Shown: piece after piece, positions 5,521 through 14,466 of the stretch
Layout of the letters: the number at the start of each line of letters is the position of its first letter
How positions within the stretch are numbered: the first letter of the stretch is position 1
Assembly: GCA_022826155.1 (NCBI GenBank)
Contig: JAJDVL010000005.1
Location: 1-20,070 of the forward strand
Length of the DNA stretch: 20,070 bases
Reading direction: 5' to 3'
From: Prochlorococcaceae cyanobacterium jk18x22bins.40
GTDB taxonomy: Bacteria; Cyanobacteriota; Cyanobacteriia; PCC-6307; Cyanobiaceae
Notes under the pieces: generated by a model
Told to the model about the DNA's origin: nothing
What the model saw: the letters and a program-made list of their open reading frames with translations, nothing else
Databases searched by the model: none
Program-made: the position numbers and the translations under genes

Positions 5521-6822
5521 ATGAAAGGCCTGTTTGAAAGCCAGGCGCCCCAGCCCCTTGCCGACCTGTTGCGTCCGGAGCGGCTGGATCAGGTGGTGGG
5601 GCAGGGTCATCTGCTGGCGGAGGATGCACCCATTGGTCGCATGGTGGCGCAACGGCGGGTGGCATCCATGATTCTTTGGGGGCCGCCCGGTGTGGGCAAG
5701 ACCACCATTGCCCGCCTGCTGGCCCAACAAACGGATTACGCCTTCGAGCCCCTGTCGGCTGTTTTTTCCGGCGTGGCGGAGTTGCGCAAGGTGTTTCAGC
5801 GGGCAACGGAGTTGCGCCAAACGGGGCGGGGGACCTTGCTCTTCATCGACGAGGTGCATCGGTTCAACCGCGCCCAGCAGGACGGCTTCCTTCCTTACGT
5901 GGAAAACGGCACCGTGGTGCTGGTGGGGGCCACCACGGAAAATCCATCCTTTGAACTCAACGGGGCGCTGCTGTCCCGTTGTCAGGTCTTCGTGCTGCGG
6001 CGCCTTGACGAGACGGCATTGGAGACCCTGCTGATGCGCAGCGAGTCCGCCGTTAACCGGCCATTGCCCCTGGACGGCTCCGGCCGGGATGCCCTCAAGG
6101 CCATGGCGGATGGTGACGGCCGTTTTCTGCTCAACCTTGCCGATGAACTGCTCCATCTGCCCGACGACACCCGGCTTGACGGGGCGGCCCTGGCCCGCAC
6201 GGTCCAGAAACGGGCGCCCGTGTACGACAAAAACCGTGAGGAGCACTACAACCTGATCAGCGCTCTCCACAAATCCCTACGGGGCTCCGACGTGGATGCC
6301 GCCTTGTATTGGCTGGCCAGGATGCTGGCGGGTGGCGAGGATCCCCGCTACATCTTACGGCGCTTGACCCGGTTCGCCTCTGAAGACATTGGCCTGGCTG
6401 ATCCCCAGGCACTCCCCCAGGCCCTGGCCTGCTGGAACGCCTATGATCGCATCGGATCACCCGAAGGTGAACTGGCGGTTGCCCAATGCACCATCTATCT
6501 GGCCACCGCCCCCAAATCCAACGCCGTCTATAGGGGACTTGCCGCCGCCAAACGGGCGGCGCGGACCACAGGATCACTCATGCCGCCGGCCCATATCCTC
6601 AACGCGCCCACCCAATTGATGAAAGATCTTGGCTACGGCGCCGGCTACGCCTATGACCACGACACTGCGGACGGCTTCTCGGGGCAGAACTATTTTCCGG
6701 ACGCCATGGAACGGCAACAACTCTATCACCCCATCGAACGGGGCTTTGAACGGGAAATCATCAAACGGCTGGCCTGGTGGGAGAAGCTGCGCAGGAAGAG
6801 GAATCTTTCTCTTAGCAGTTGA
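5521..6822 (+). CDS. rarA: Replication-associated recombination protein A (RarA/MgsA AAA+ ATPase).
   Basis: MKGLFESQAPQPLADLLRPERLDQVVGQGHLL..ILWGPPGVGKTTIARLLA (Walker A), LFIDEVHRFN (Walker B), and the C-terminal MgsA-type region YNLISALHKSLRGSD. ATG 5521 fits the family N-terminus. ATG 5494 or the ORF-track start at 5401 are alternatives. Confidence 0.9.
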   Translation: MKGLFESQAPQPLADLLRPERLDQVVGQGHLLAEDAPIGRMVAQRRVASMILWGPPGVGKTTIARLLAQQTDYAFEPLSAVFSGVAELRKVFQRATELRQTGRGTLLFIDEVHRFNRAQQDGFLPYVENGTVVLVGATTENPSFELNGALLSRCQVFVLRRLDETALETLLMRSESAVNRPLPLDGSGRDALKAMADGDGRFLLNLADELLHLPDDTRLDGAALARTVQKRAPVYDKNREEHYNLISALHKSLRGSDVDAALYWLARMLAGGEDPRYILRRLTRFASEDIGLADPQALPQALACWNAYDRIGSPEGELAVAQCTIYLATAPKSNAVYRGLAAAKRAARTTGSLMPPAHILNAPTQLMKDLGYGAGYAYDHDTADGFSGQNYFPDAMERQQLYHPIERGFEREIIKRLAWWEKLRRKRNLSLSS

Positions 6823-6893
6823 GCATTTCCACTCGTAAGTCCTGACCTAGAGCAGGATTTGTACCGTTTTGCCTAACACAGACCCTTAAAATT

Positions 6894-7814
6894 TCACCAA
6901 TCAGCTCCTTTTTTTTGTTGATTAGGTAGTTTATTGAATATATGCCATCCATTTATCTTTTCTTTAGAGTATAACATACGTTCATCCTGCGTGACTCTCT
7001 CCTTGACGATAATTGGTCGGTCAGCAGAAAAGCAGATTTCGCTCAACTTCTCATAATAATTATCTGCTCCATCCTTATTTTGCTGTCCACACCACTCTAC
7101 GATGGACAACATCAAACGTGTGGCATCGGGGAATTGGATCCAGGCTTTCCCATCAACGCAGTACTTCGCCATACGACTTGTTGATCTGCGCTGCCTCGGC
7201 TGATGGTTCATATCTGAAGAGGTTAGCGCAGAACTCACCTGCTGCAACGGTGTATCCACAAGTTCATGGAACGCTTCCTGTGGTTGACGGTTCTGACCCA
7301 AAGCCGGCCCCTGCGCTGTGACAGGCTGTCCCGAAGTCAGATTCGGCCGCCACAGTAGCAACAATTGCAGGGCCAGTTGGTGAGCAGGTGTGTTGATGAT
7401 CTTTACGCTGAGCAAGCGGCGTTCATTCAAGTGGGCAGGCTTGAAAATGTCGTATAGCTCCCAGCAGTCGCCGTTGGTAAGAATAGCATACTTTACTCCT
7501 TCCATGTTTGCATAGGTCAACATCTGATTGCGTTCGCGGTCATTGAGGAAGCTATCAAGGGATTTTGCTTCCACGATGGCTACAGATCCAGGTCTCGGCC
7601 CACCGTCGATCAAAGCGTAGTCGGCTCTGCCTTGGCCCACAGTGTACTCCGGCGTCACCAGACCGGGATCCGACACATCCCATCCCAACGCCGTCAACAA
7701 CGGGTCGATCAATGCTGTCCGTGTACGTATTTCGTTCTGTGAGAGCGACTGGTGGTACATCGTCATGCGCCTTTTGAGCATCTCAATGACGTTGATCAGG
7801 TCGTCAAGCGGCAT
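6894..7814 (-). CDS. Stand-alone HsdR-N-terminal-type (PD-(D/E)xK fold) nuclease-like protein with an uncharacterised C-terminal domain.
   Basis: ATG start at 7812-7814. SQNEIRTRTALIDPLLTALGWDV matches the NExxTRxxxIDPxLxxLGW opening of type I restriction R-subunit N-terminal domains. RADYALID..VAIVEAKSL supplies a D...ExK catalytic-type motif. The last roughly 130 aa have no motif I recognise. Confidence 0.65.
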   Translation of the reverse strand: MPLDDLINVIEMLKRRMTMYHQSLSQNEIRTRTALIDPLLTALGWDVSDPGLVTPEYTVGQGRADYALIDGGPRPGSVAIVEAKSLDSFLNDRERNQMLTYANMEGVKYAILTNGDCWELYDIFKPAHLNERRLLSVKIINTPAHQLALQLLLLWRPNLTSGQPVTAQGPALGQNRQPQEAFHELVDTPLQQVSSALTSSDMNHQPRQRRSTSRMAKYCVDGKAWIQFPDATRLMLSIVEWCGQQNKDGADNYYEKLSEICFSADRPIIVKERVTQDERMLYSKEKINGWHIFNKLPNQQKKGADW

Positions 7815-7842
7815 GTTTTATCGGCATGAGGATAAAATCATA

Positions 7843-9042
7843 TCAGAGACCCGCCGTCAGCCGCGTCTCCGGGGACACGGGTGGGTTCATGGGCAGGGTC
7901 AGGCGCACGGACGCCCCCCCCTCGGGGCGGTTGAGGGCGCGCACGTGCCCCCCGTGGGTGGTGGCAATTTGCTGCACAATGGCCAATCCCAACCCACTGC
8001 CACTCAAGCTGCTGACCCGCGCCCGGGAGGCGTCACCCCGATAGAAACGCTCAAAAGCGTGTTGCAGGTCACGTTCACTGAAACCGGACCCCTGGTCCTC
8101 CACGTCCAGCTTGAGCCAGGTCTGGTCCTCCACGATTTTCACCTGGATGGTGCTGTGGTTGGGGCTATAGCGCAGGGCGTTGTCCAGCAGGTTCAGCAAT
8201 GCCCGTTGCAAACGGGATGGGTCAGCGGGAATCGTGGCTGCCGGACTGGTGCTGGTGACGGTCAGGCCCACATGCCGTAGCTCCGCCAGGGGCAGCAGAA
8301 ACTGCCAGGCCGTCTTCACGTGGTCCTCCACCGTCACGGGCGTGGTGTGGTGTTGCAGCGGCGTGTTTTCCAACCGCGAGAGTTCCAGCAAATTCTCCAC
8401 CAGGCTCTGTAGCCGAACGATTTCCTTCTGCAACCGCTCCATCAACCTGGCTTGGCGGGGATTACAATTTTCCGCCAGACTTTCACTCACCAGCCTCAGG
8501 GCGGTGAGGGGGGTTTTGAGTTCATGGGCCACGTCGCTGACCCAGCGCTCCTGCTGTTCCCTCTGGGCCAGCAGGGCGTGGCGGTTGAGGAGAAAGATGC
8601 CCACCCAACCCTGCTGGCCGGGCAGAGCCACGGCTTCCAGTTGTTCGGTGGTGACGGGTTCCAGGTGGTGGGGATTGCTGCTGGTGGAGGTGAAGACCCA
8701 CTTGATGCGTTGCCGTTGCCCTGTACGGCGCGCCCGATGACTCACCTCTTCCAGTTGATGGCAGCGGATGGCATCCAACAGGGGACGTTGTTCCCGTGCG
8801 GTCCCTTCTCCCTGGAGATGGAGCAGGCTACAGGCCTTGCCGTTCACCAGGCGGATGGTTTGCCGCCGATCCAGGACCAATACCCCCACGGGTGCCTGTC
8901 GCAGCCATTGGAGCATCTGGTCGTCCAAGGGCAAATGGCGCCTTGACGAGCGCTGCCGCTGCACAAGCCATGGGGCCAGCAGCCCCATGCCCACCCCCAG
9001 CAGCAGGGCCACGGCTTCAGCCAAAGCGATACCCGAAGCCAC
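7843..9042 (-). CDS. Sensor histidine kinase, PhoR/SphS-like (N-terminal hydrophobic segment, PAS-like region, HisKA, HATPase).
   Basis: H-box SDVAHELKTPLTAL, N-box LLNLLDNALRYSP, G-boxes DQGSGF and GSGLGLAIVQQIATTHGG, plus FERFYRGDASR. The ORF-track start is GTG at 9040-9042, which would overlap the regulator gene by 26 nt, so the true start is uncertain. Confidence 0.85.
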   Translation of the reverse strand: MASGIALAEAVALLLGVGMGLLAPWLVQRQRSSRRHLPLDDQMLQWLRQAPVGVLVLDRRQTIRLVNGKACSLLHLQGEGTAREQRPLLDAIRCHQLEEVSHRARRTGQRQRIKWVFTSTSSNPHHLEPVTTEQLEAVALPGQQGWVGIFLLNRHALLAQREQQERWVSDVAHELKTPLTALRLVSESLAENCNPRQARLMERLQKEIVRLQSLVENLLELSRLENTPLQHHTTPVTVEDHVKTAWQFLLPLAELRHVGLTVTSTSPAATIPADPSRLQRALLNLLDNALRYSPNHSTIQVKIVEDQTWLKLDVEDQGSGFSERDLQHAFERFYRGDASRARVSSLSGSGLGLAIVQQIATTHGGHVRALNRPEGGASVRLTLPMNPPVSPETRLTAGL

Positions 9043-9742
9043 GAACCGTGGTAATCAGCACAGGTTGGCTGGGGTTCTCCTCCAGTTTCTCCCGCAGCCA
9101 GCGGATATGAACATCCACGGTTTTGATGTCGCCGATAAAGTCCGGTCCCCAAATCCTCTCCAGCAGCTTGTCCCGGCTCCAGACGCGGCGGGGATGGCGC
9201 ATGAAAAACTCCAGCAGCTTGTATTGCTTGGGGGGCAAGTTCAGAGGTAGCCCTTTCATGGTGGCGCAATACTCTTCGGGATAAAGCGCCAGCTCCCCGT
9301 GTTTGAGTACATCCACGGCAGGTTGATGGGCGGTGCGGCTGGAGCGACGCAACAGGGCCCGGCAGCGGGCCACCAATTCCCGCATCCCGAAGGGCTTCAC
9401 CAGATAATCGTCTGCTCCCACCTCCAGGCCCACCACCCGGTCGGTTTCCGAGTCCTTGGCGCTCACGATCAGGATGGGGGTGGTGAAGCCGCGACGGCGG
9501 AGGTAGCGGCAGAGATCCAGGCCATGGACACCCGGCATCATCAGATCCAGGAGGATCAAATCAAACTTGCTAGTCTCCGGGGTGTCCTGAAAACGCTCCA
9601 GTGCCCCATTGCCGTGGGCCACGGCGTCCACCAGAAATCCTTCGGCCGTCAGGCTTTCGGCAATGATTTCACGGATGGTGTCGTCGTCTTCCACCAGAAG
9701 AAGCTTGGAAGGGGCCAACGGTGTGGGGGCTTGGATGGCCAA
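9017..9742 (-). CDS. OmpR/PhoB-family response regulator (receiver domain plus winged-helix DNA-binding domain).
   Basis: LLLVEDDDTIREII, DLILLDLMMPG (phospho-acceptor Asp context), VSAKD, GADDYLVKPF, and the C-terminal TVDVHIRWLREKLE..ITTVRGFGYRF. The start codon in the track is TTG (9740-9742). Confidence 0.9.
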   Translation of the reverse strand: MAIQAPTPLAPSKLLLVEDDDTIREIIAESLTAEGFLVDAVAHGNGALERFQDTPETSKFDLILLDLMMPGVHGLDLCRYLRRRGFTTPILIVSAKDSETDRVVGLEVGADDYLVKPFGMRELVARCRALLRRSSRTAHQPAVDVLKHGELALYPEEYCATMKGLPLNLPPKQYKLLEFFMRHPRRVWSRDKLLERIWGPDFIGDIKTVDVHIRWLREKLEENPSQPVLITTVRGFGYRFG

Positions 9743-9750
9743 GGCGGTGA

Positions 9751-10245
9751 TCAGCGGCGGGGTTCAAAGAAGTCGAAATCTGCGGCGGCGAAGGTGCCCT
9801 TCTCCACTTGCCCCATGAGGTCCTCCAACTGTTGCCAGAGCCCGGCGCCGGTGGCCACCGCCAGAAGAAGGGCCAGAAAAAAGCTGCTCCCGGCCCCGAA
9901 GCCGAACACTTGCAGACCGGCGCCAATGAACAGGACAGTCCCCACCACGATGCCCCCATAGGGAATCACCGTTGTGAAGCGCCCCAAGGGCAGCAGAGGG
10001 AGACGGTCCTGCTTCCAATCCTCCAGACGCCGGCCAATTTGGCGGGCAAAGGTCAAGCCGCACAACAAGGCCATCAGCAGGCCCATCCCGCTGAGGGCAT
10101 AGGGAGGATGGCTCTGCCAGTGGTAGGGGGCCACCAGAAGCGCGTCCAGTTGCTCCTGCAGTGCTGGACTCACAACATCTTCACCCACAATGCACAGTGC
10201 CGATCGGGTGGGGTGCAGTGTAGGGCAACCCACTAGCAGGGGCAA
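9751..10245 (-). CDS. Hypothetical small membrane protein.
   Basis: It is an ORF with at least three hydrophobic stretches (GMGLLMALLCGLTF, IVVGTVLFIGAGLQVFGF, FFLALLLAVATGAGL). It is wedged between the ABC1 kinase stop (10251) and the regulator start (9742). The track start is TTG and the first ATG is at 10086, so the 5' end is uncertain. I recognise no family. Confidence 0.4.
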   Translation of the reverse strand: MPLLVGCPTLHPTRSALCIVGEDVVSPALQEQLDALLVAPYHWQSHPPYALSGMGLLMALLCGLTFARQIGRRLEDWKQDRLPLLPLGRFTTVIPYGGIVVGTVLFIGAGLQVFGFGAGSSFFLALLLAVATGAGLWQQLEDLMGQVEKGTFAAADFDFFEPRR

Positions 10246-10250
10246 CCACC

Positions 10251-11954
10251 TCAGACGGCGAGGGGATTCAGGCGTTTCCAGAGGGACTGGGCCAGACCCT
10301 TGGCCACGTCGGCAGCCCCAAAGTGACGCTGCAGCAGGCTCAGCAACCCCACCAGATCCTGGGTCTGCAGGCGATCGTCCCGCACCAGGGTTTGCAACAA
10401 GCGCTGGCGCAACATCTGGCCATCCGCCGTGAACAGGAGACGGAGTCCGGAACCGGCCAGGGGCAGCACGTCTTGCCCATCCCCCGTGTCCCGGGCAACC
10501 CTCAACAGGCTATCCAGCCGCTCCAGCCGCAGCCGCCCTTCCTGGTCAAAGAGCACGTCCAGCAGCTTGTCCCGCAGCTCCGCCGTATCCGCCGCCAACA
10601 ACCGCCGCGCCACGTAGGGATAGGCCACCCCCACAATCCGAAAACCCGGATCCAGCCGCAGGGCGACACCCTCCTGGCTCACCAGGGCGCGAATGATCAA
10701 GGCAAACCGGGCGGGCACCCTGAAGGGGTAGTCGTACATCAACTCCGAGAAGCGATCCGTCACTTGCTTGAAGTTGAAGTCGCTCACCGCATTGGCCAGC
10801 TTCATGGCCAGCACCTCCCGGAGTGCGGGCACAATGCGCCGCCGGTCCACGTCGGGCCGTAGAAAGCCCAGGCGGATAAAATCGTCCGCCAGGCTCTCGT
10901 AGTCCTTGTTGATCAGATGGATAATAGAGTCCGTGATGATCAGGCGGTCACCCTGACTGATCTCGTCCATCATCCCGAAGTCCACGTAGCCCAGATGGCC
11001 CTTGTCACCTGTCCGGCCAGGCAGGGCAATCAGGTTGCCCGGGTGGGGGTCCGCATGGAAGAAGCCGTGCTCCAGTAACTGCTCCAGTCCCGCGGTCACG
11101 CCCGTGCGAATCAAGGCGGTGGGATCCAGGCCATGGCGGCGCAACTCTTCCGGATCCCGAAGCTTGGGACCTTGTAGCCAGACGGTGGTAAGAATCCGCT
11201 GGCTACTGTGGCTGCCCACCACCGCTGGCGCCATCACCGTTGGATTATCACGGAACTGCTGGGCAAAGCGGCGGGCGTGGCGGGCTTCGGCGTCGTAGTC
11301 GATCTCTTCAAAAAGCTTGCCGCCGAACTCGTCCACGATGGCCGGCAACCCATCCCCCAGGTTAAGGGGTAGGGCAGGGCCGAACACCATGGCAAGAAGC
11401 CGCAGCAGCACCAGATCCCGACGGATCACCGCCTCCAGACCGGGCCGCTGCACCTTCACCGCAACCCAGAGGCCGTTGTTGAGTCGCGCCTTATAGACTT
11501 GCCCCAAAGAGGCGGCGGCAATGGGTTCCTGGGGAAAGGTGCGGAACAACTTGTCCACGGGCTGCCCCAGGTCTGTTTCCACCATCTCCCTTGCGGTATC
11601 CAGGGGGAAGGCCGGCAGTTGATCCTGCAGCTTGGTGAGCTCGTCCAGCCAGGCGCCGGGCACCAGATCGGGGCGGGTGGAGAGGGCCTGGCCCACCTTG
11701 ATGAAGCAGGGGCCAAGCTGGGTAAGGGTTTTCAACACCGTCTGGGCCAGGCGGCTCTGGACCCCGTGGTCCGTGCTGCTCCCCTGGGTCACCAGCCGCA
11801 CCGCCAGCCCGGTGAAGTGCATCAACAGCACCAGAAGACGGCTGATCAACCGCCATGGCCGCAGCAGCAGCCAGAGCAGGTCCCTGCCGTGGTCATAACG
11901 CAGCGGCTGCTCAGCCTGCAATACAGAAGACGCCAAGGGACCTTTGCTCAACAT
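10251..11954 (-). CDS. ABC1/UbiB (AarF) atypical kinase family protein.
   Basis: GPCFIKVGQALSTRPDLVP, PIAAASLGQVYKARL, VAVKVQRPG, FFHADPHPGNL and LGYVDFGMM are the canonical ABC1-domain motifs. ATG start at 11952-11954. Confidence 0.9.
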   Translation of the reverse strand: MLSKGPLASSVLQAEQPLRYDHGRDLLWLLLRPWRLISRLLVLLMHFTGLAVRLVTQGSSTDHGVQSRLAQTVLKTLTQLGPCFIKVGQALSTRPDLVPGAWLDELTKLQDQLPAFPLDTAREMVETDLGQPVDKLFRTFPQEPIAAASLGQVYKARLNNGLWVAVKVQRPGLEAVIRRDLVLLRLLAMVFGPALPLNLGDGLPAIVDEFGGKLFEEIDYDAEARHARRFAQQFRDNPTVMAPAVVGSHSSQRILTTVWLQGPKLRDPEELRRHGLDPTALIRTGVTAGLEQLLEHGFFHADPHPGNLIALPGRTGDKGHLGYVDFGMMDEISQGDRLIITDSIIHLINKDYESLADDFIRLGFLRPDVDRRRIVPALREVLAMKLANAVSDFNFKQVTDRFSELMYDYPFRVPARFALIIRALVSQEGVALRLDPGFRIVGVAYPYVARRLLAADTAELRDKLLDVLFDQEGRLRLERLDSLLRVARDTGDGQDVLPLAGSGLRLLFTADGQMLRQRLLQTLVRDDRLQTQDLVGLLSLLQRHFGAADVAKGLAQSLWKRLNPLAV

Positions 11955-12029
11955 ACGCGCTCTTCAACCTAAAAAGTTTCTTCCGTCCTGGTGGCGGGAA
12001 TAGGGTGAGCGTTGGTTTTTCTGCGTTCC

Positions 12030-13184
12030 ATGCCTGCCCAGGAGTTGATTGCCGCCCTGCCCGTTGCGCTGGCCAAGCTGGTGGGCGGGCTGGTGGTGGT
12101 CTGGCTGCTGGGGCGTGTCGGTCTGGCCACGGCCACACGGCTCACCCGGAGAACCGCCACCAGCATTGATGACTTCATCACCAAGGCAGTCCACAAGGCC
12201 CTGGTGCCCGTGTTCTCCATGGTGGTGGTGGCCTGGGCTTGGGAAGGGATTCCCTATGAGGGAATTGGTGATCGGATCGTCACCGCCATGACCGCTCTAG
12301 TGACCACAGTGGTCATTGTGCAAGCCGCCAACCGCATCCTGGTGCGACTACTGGTCAGTGCTTTTCGTCGAATCGGCAAGGGCGACGATGCCAGTCTGGA
12401 AATCCTCACAGCCCTGAAACCCATGCTGCGAGCCGTGACTTGGATGCTGGGCGGGGTGATCTACTTGCAGTCCCTTGGCATCCCCCTTGGTGCCCTGTGG
12501 GCACTGCTCAGCGCCGGCGGCATCGGTGCCGGCCTGGCACTTCAGAAGCCTGTAGCCGAATTCTTCGAATACATCTACATCCTGATGGATAAGCCGTTCC
12601 GCAACGGAGACTTTCTCCACGTTGGCAACAGCGGCACCTGGGCCAGGGTGGAGCAGGTGGGCATCCACTCCACACGGTTGCGCAGCGTGGACGGGGAGTT
12701 GGTGGTGATGACCAATTCATCCCTGGCCAACCAGACCCTCTCCAACTACACGGTGATGGAGCGCCGCCGCCGCATCTACCGCTTTGGCGTCACCTACGAC
12801 ACCCCCCCTCAGGTGTTGAAGCGGATCCCCACCATGGTGCGGGCCATTGTGGAGGGGGTCAAGGATGCCGACTTCGACCGTTGTCACTTCGTCGAATTTG
12901 GCGCCAGCAGTCTGGATTTTGAACTCTGCTACAACATCCCCACCAACAACTACGTGCAGGCTCTTGATGCCCAGCAGCAGGTGAACGTGGCCCTGGTGCA
13001 AATGTTCGCGGAGCAGGGCATCGAGTTTGCCTTTCCCACACGGACCCTTTATCTCAATGCCCAGGCATCCGGGCACGACTCACCAGCAGGGCAAACCACA
13101 GACAAACTGCCACAACGGCAAACGCCACCCCTGAACCAATCCCCAAGTGGACCATCAACCGTGGCACCACCTGGGGAACGATGA
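12030..13184 (+). CDS. Small-conductance mechanosensitive channel (MscS family).
   Basis: LLSAGGIGAGLALQKPVAEFFEYIYILMDKPFRNGDFL...VEQVGIHSTRLRSVDGELVVMTNSSLANQTLSNYT is the MscS pore-helix and beta-domain signature. The first ATG is 12030; the track uses TTG 12012. Confidence 0.85.
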   Translation: MPAQELIAALPVALAKLVGGLVVVWLLGRVGLATATRLTRRTATSIDDFITKAVHKALVPVFSMVVVAWAWEGIPYEGIGDRIVTAMTALVTTVVIVQAANRILVRLLVSAFRRIGKGDDASLEILTALKPMLRAVTWMLGGVIYLQSLGIPLGALWALLSAGGIGAGLALQKPVAEFFEYIYILMDKPFRNGDFLHVGNSGTWARVEQVGIHSTRLRSVDGELVVMTNSSLANQTLSNYTVMERRRRIYRFGVTYDTPPQVLKRIPTMVRAIVEGVKDADFDRCHFVEFGASSLDFELCYNIPTNNYVQALDAQQQVNVALVQMFAEQGIEFAFPTRTLYLNAQASGHDSPAGQTTDKLPQRQTPPLNQSPSGPSTVAPPGER

Positions 13185-13220
13185 TCACCCCCGCCAGGGG
13201 GAGGAGTTTCCACACCCGTC

Positions 13221-14360
13221 TCAAAACCACTCCCCTACAGCGTCTGAGGCGGTGTTGGTGTTGTCGCAGGGGGTTGTGCGCTGGAAGGCCATGGTGACTT
13301 CACGCTTCTGCTCCCCATCGGCCGCCACCGCCTTGATGGCATAGTGCTGCTGGCCATCGCGGAAGGGCACCTGGATGCGGAAGGTGCCTTCCGGTGTGAG
13401 GGGCACCGGCTCTTCACCGATGGTAAGGGAGGCGGAAGGATCGGTGGCGCCGTAGACAATGAGTTCGGCATCCGCCACCAGCCAGAAGGAGCGCTGGCGC
13501 GCCATCCCGGCGCCGGAGTCCGTACGACCACTAGCCCAGATGCCGGCGGCGGAATCGGAGAACCCGGCTTGCTCCTCTTGTTCTCCAAGTTCCGGCACCG
13601 GTTGCTGGAACACTTCCGAGCCTTGCCTGCGGAGAGAGAAGCCAGTGGCCACCTGGTAGAGCCGTTCGTGAATGGTGCTGTCCAGAGGGGCCTCCTCCGG
13701 GGTGGGCAGGGGGATGGGGGTGGCGGTATCCAGGGAAAACGGCACAAACTGATCCAGAATCTGCTGGCTGGGCTTGGCTGCAGGCACCCTTGCCTTGGCG
13801 GAGAACGCCACGGACAGCCAGCCGGCATCCTCAAGCCGGAAACCCAGCTCAACCCGGTAATCCCGATTGCTGAGGGGCATCGGCACATGCCAATCCGTGA
13901 CGTTTGCATCCACAGGCACCTCCTGGAGGGTGTGGGGATGGGCAGCGCCCTCCCCCAGGCCTGTCACGTCACTGACCCGCAAGCACAGTTGCTGGGCTCC
14001 AGCTTTCTCGGCAGCCTTGCGTGTTTCCGGGGACATCTCCCAGAAGACGTAGCCCCACTCCGGGTCACGGGGCAAGAAGACAACGCGGTCATTGTCTTCG
14101 GGAACTGTCGATGTCTCTGCTTCGGGCTGGGGCTGAGGCGCAGCAACGGCACCGTTCCTCTGCACGAATTCGGAACCTTTGGATTCAGAGGCCTGGGGTG
14201 ACGCCGGGTCTTCGGCCTCTGATGAATGCTGGCCAATCTCTTGAACCAGAGAATTTTTGCTTTTGCGGCTATAGAGGCTGACGCCCAGTTGACTGGCAAT
14301 GGCGCGGAGTTGCCTCAGGGTGAGGCGTGCCAAGGAGGAAAGGGGAGGAAGATCGGCCAT
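13221..14360 (-). CDS. Conserved hypothetical protein with an N-terminal Rho_N/SAP-like helix-extended-helix motif, probably of the DUF4912 type.
   Basis: The N-terminus LTLRQLRAIASQLGVSLYSRKSKNSLVQEI resembles the Rho-N/SAP motif. FLPRDPEWGYVFWEM resembles the PRDPxWxYxxW motif that I associate with cyanobacterial DUF4912 proteins. ATG start at 14358-14360. Confidence 0.5.
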   Translation of the reverse strand: MADLPPLSSLARLTLRQLRAIASQLGVSLYSRKSKNSLVQEIGQHSSEAEDPASPQASESKGSEFVQRNGAVAAPQPQPEAETSTVPEDNDRVVFLPRDPEWGYVFWEMSPETRKAAEKAGAQQLCLRVSDVTGLGEGAAHPHTLQEVPVDANVTDWHVPMPLSNRDYRVELGFRLEDAGWLSVAFSAKARVPAAKPSQQILDQFVPFSLDTATPIPLPTPEEAPLDSTIHERLYQVATGFSLRRQGSEVFQQPVPELGEQEEQAGFSDSAAGIWASGRTDSGAGMARQRSFWLVADAELIVYGATDPSASLTIGEEPVPLTPEGTFRIQVPFRDGQQHYAIKAVAADGEQKREVTMAFQRTTPCDNTNTASDAVGEWF

Positions 14361-14466
14361 CTCTAAAGAAAGGCTTTGGGATCACTATGGAGAGATTTTG
14401 CCAAAGTCACAACCATTCGGTCGCCATCGGTGAGGCTTCCCTAACCGTGTCTCCCATCCCCGTGGC

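Noticed and set aside
6838-6859. A hairpin agtcctg-acctagag-caggatt after the rarA stop.
   Set aside because: The stem has 5 Watson-Crick pairs plus a wobble and an 8-nt loop, and the downstream T-run is interrupted. The evidence is weak.
13188-13201. A ccccc-gcca-ggggg hairpin between the convergent MscS and DUF4912-like genes, as a possible bidirectional terminator.
   Set aside because: The stem is only 5 bp and no U/A tract follows on either strand. That is not enough to call an intrinsic terminator.
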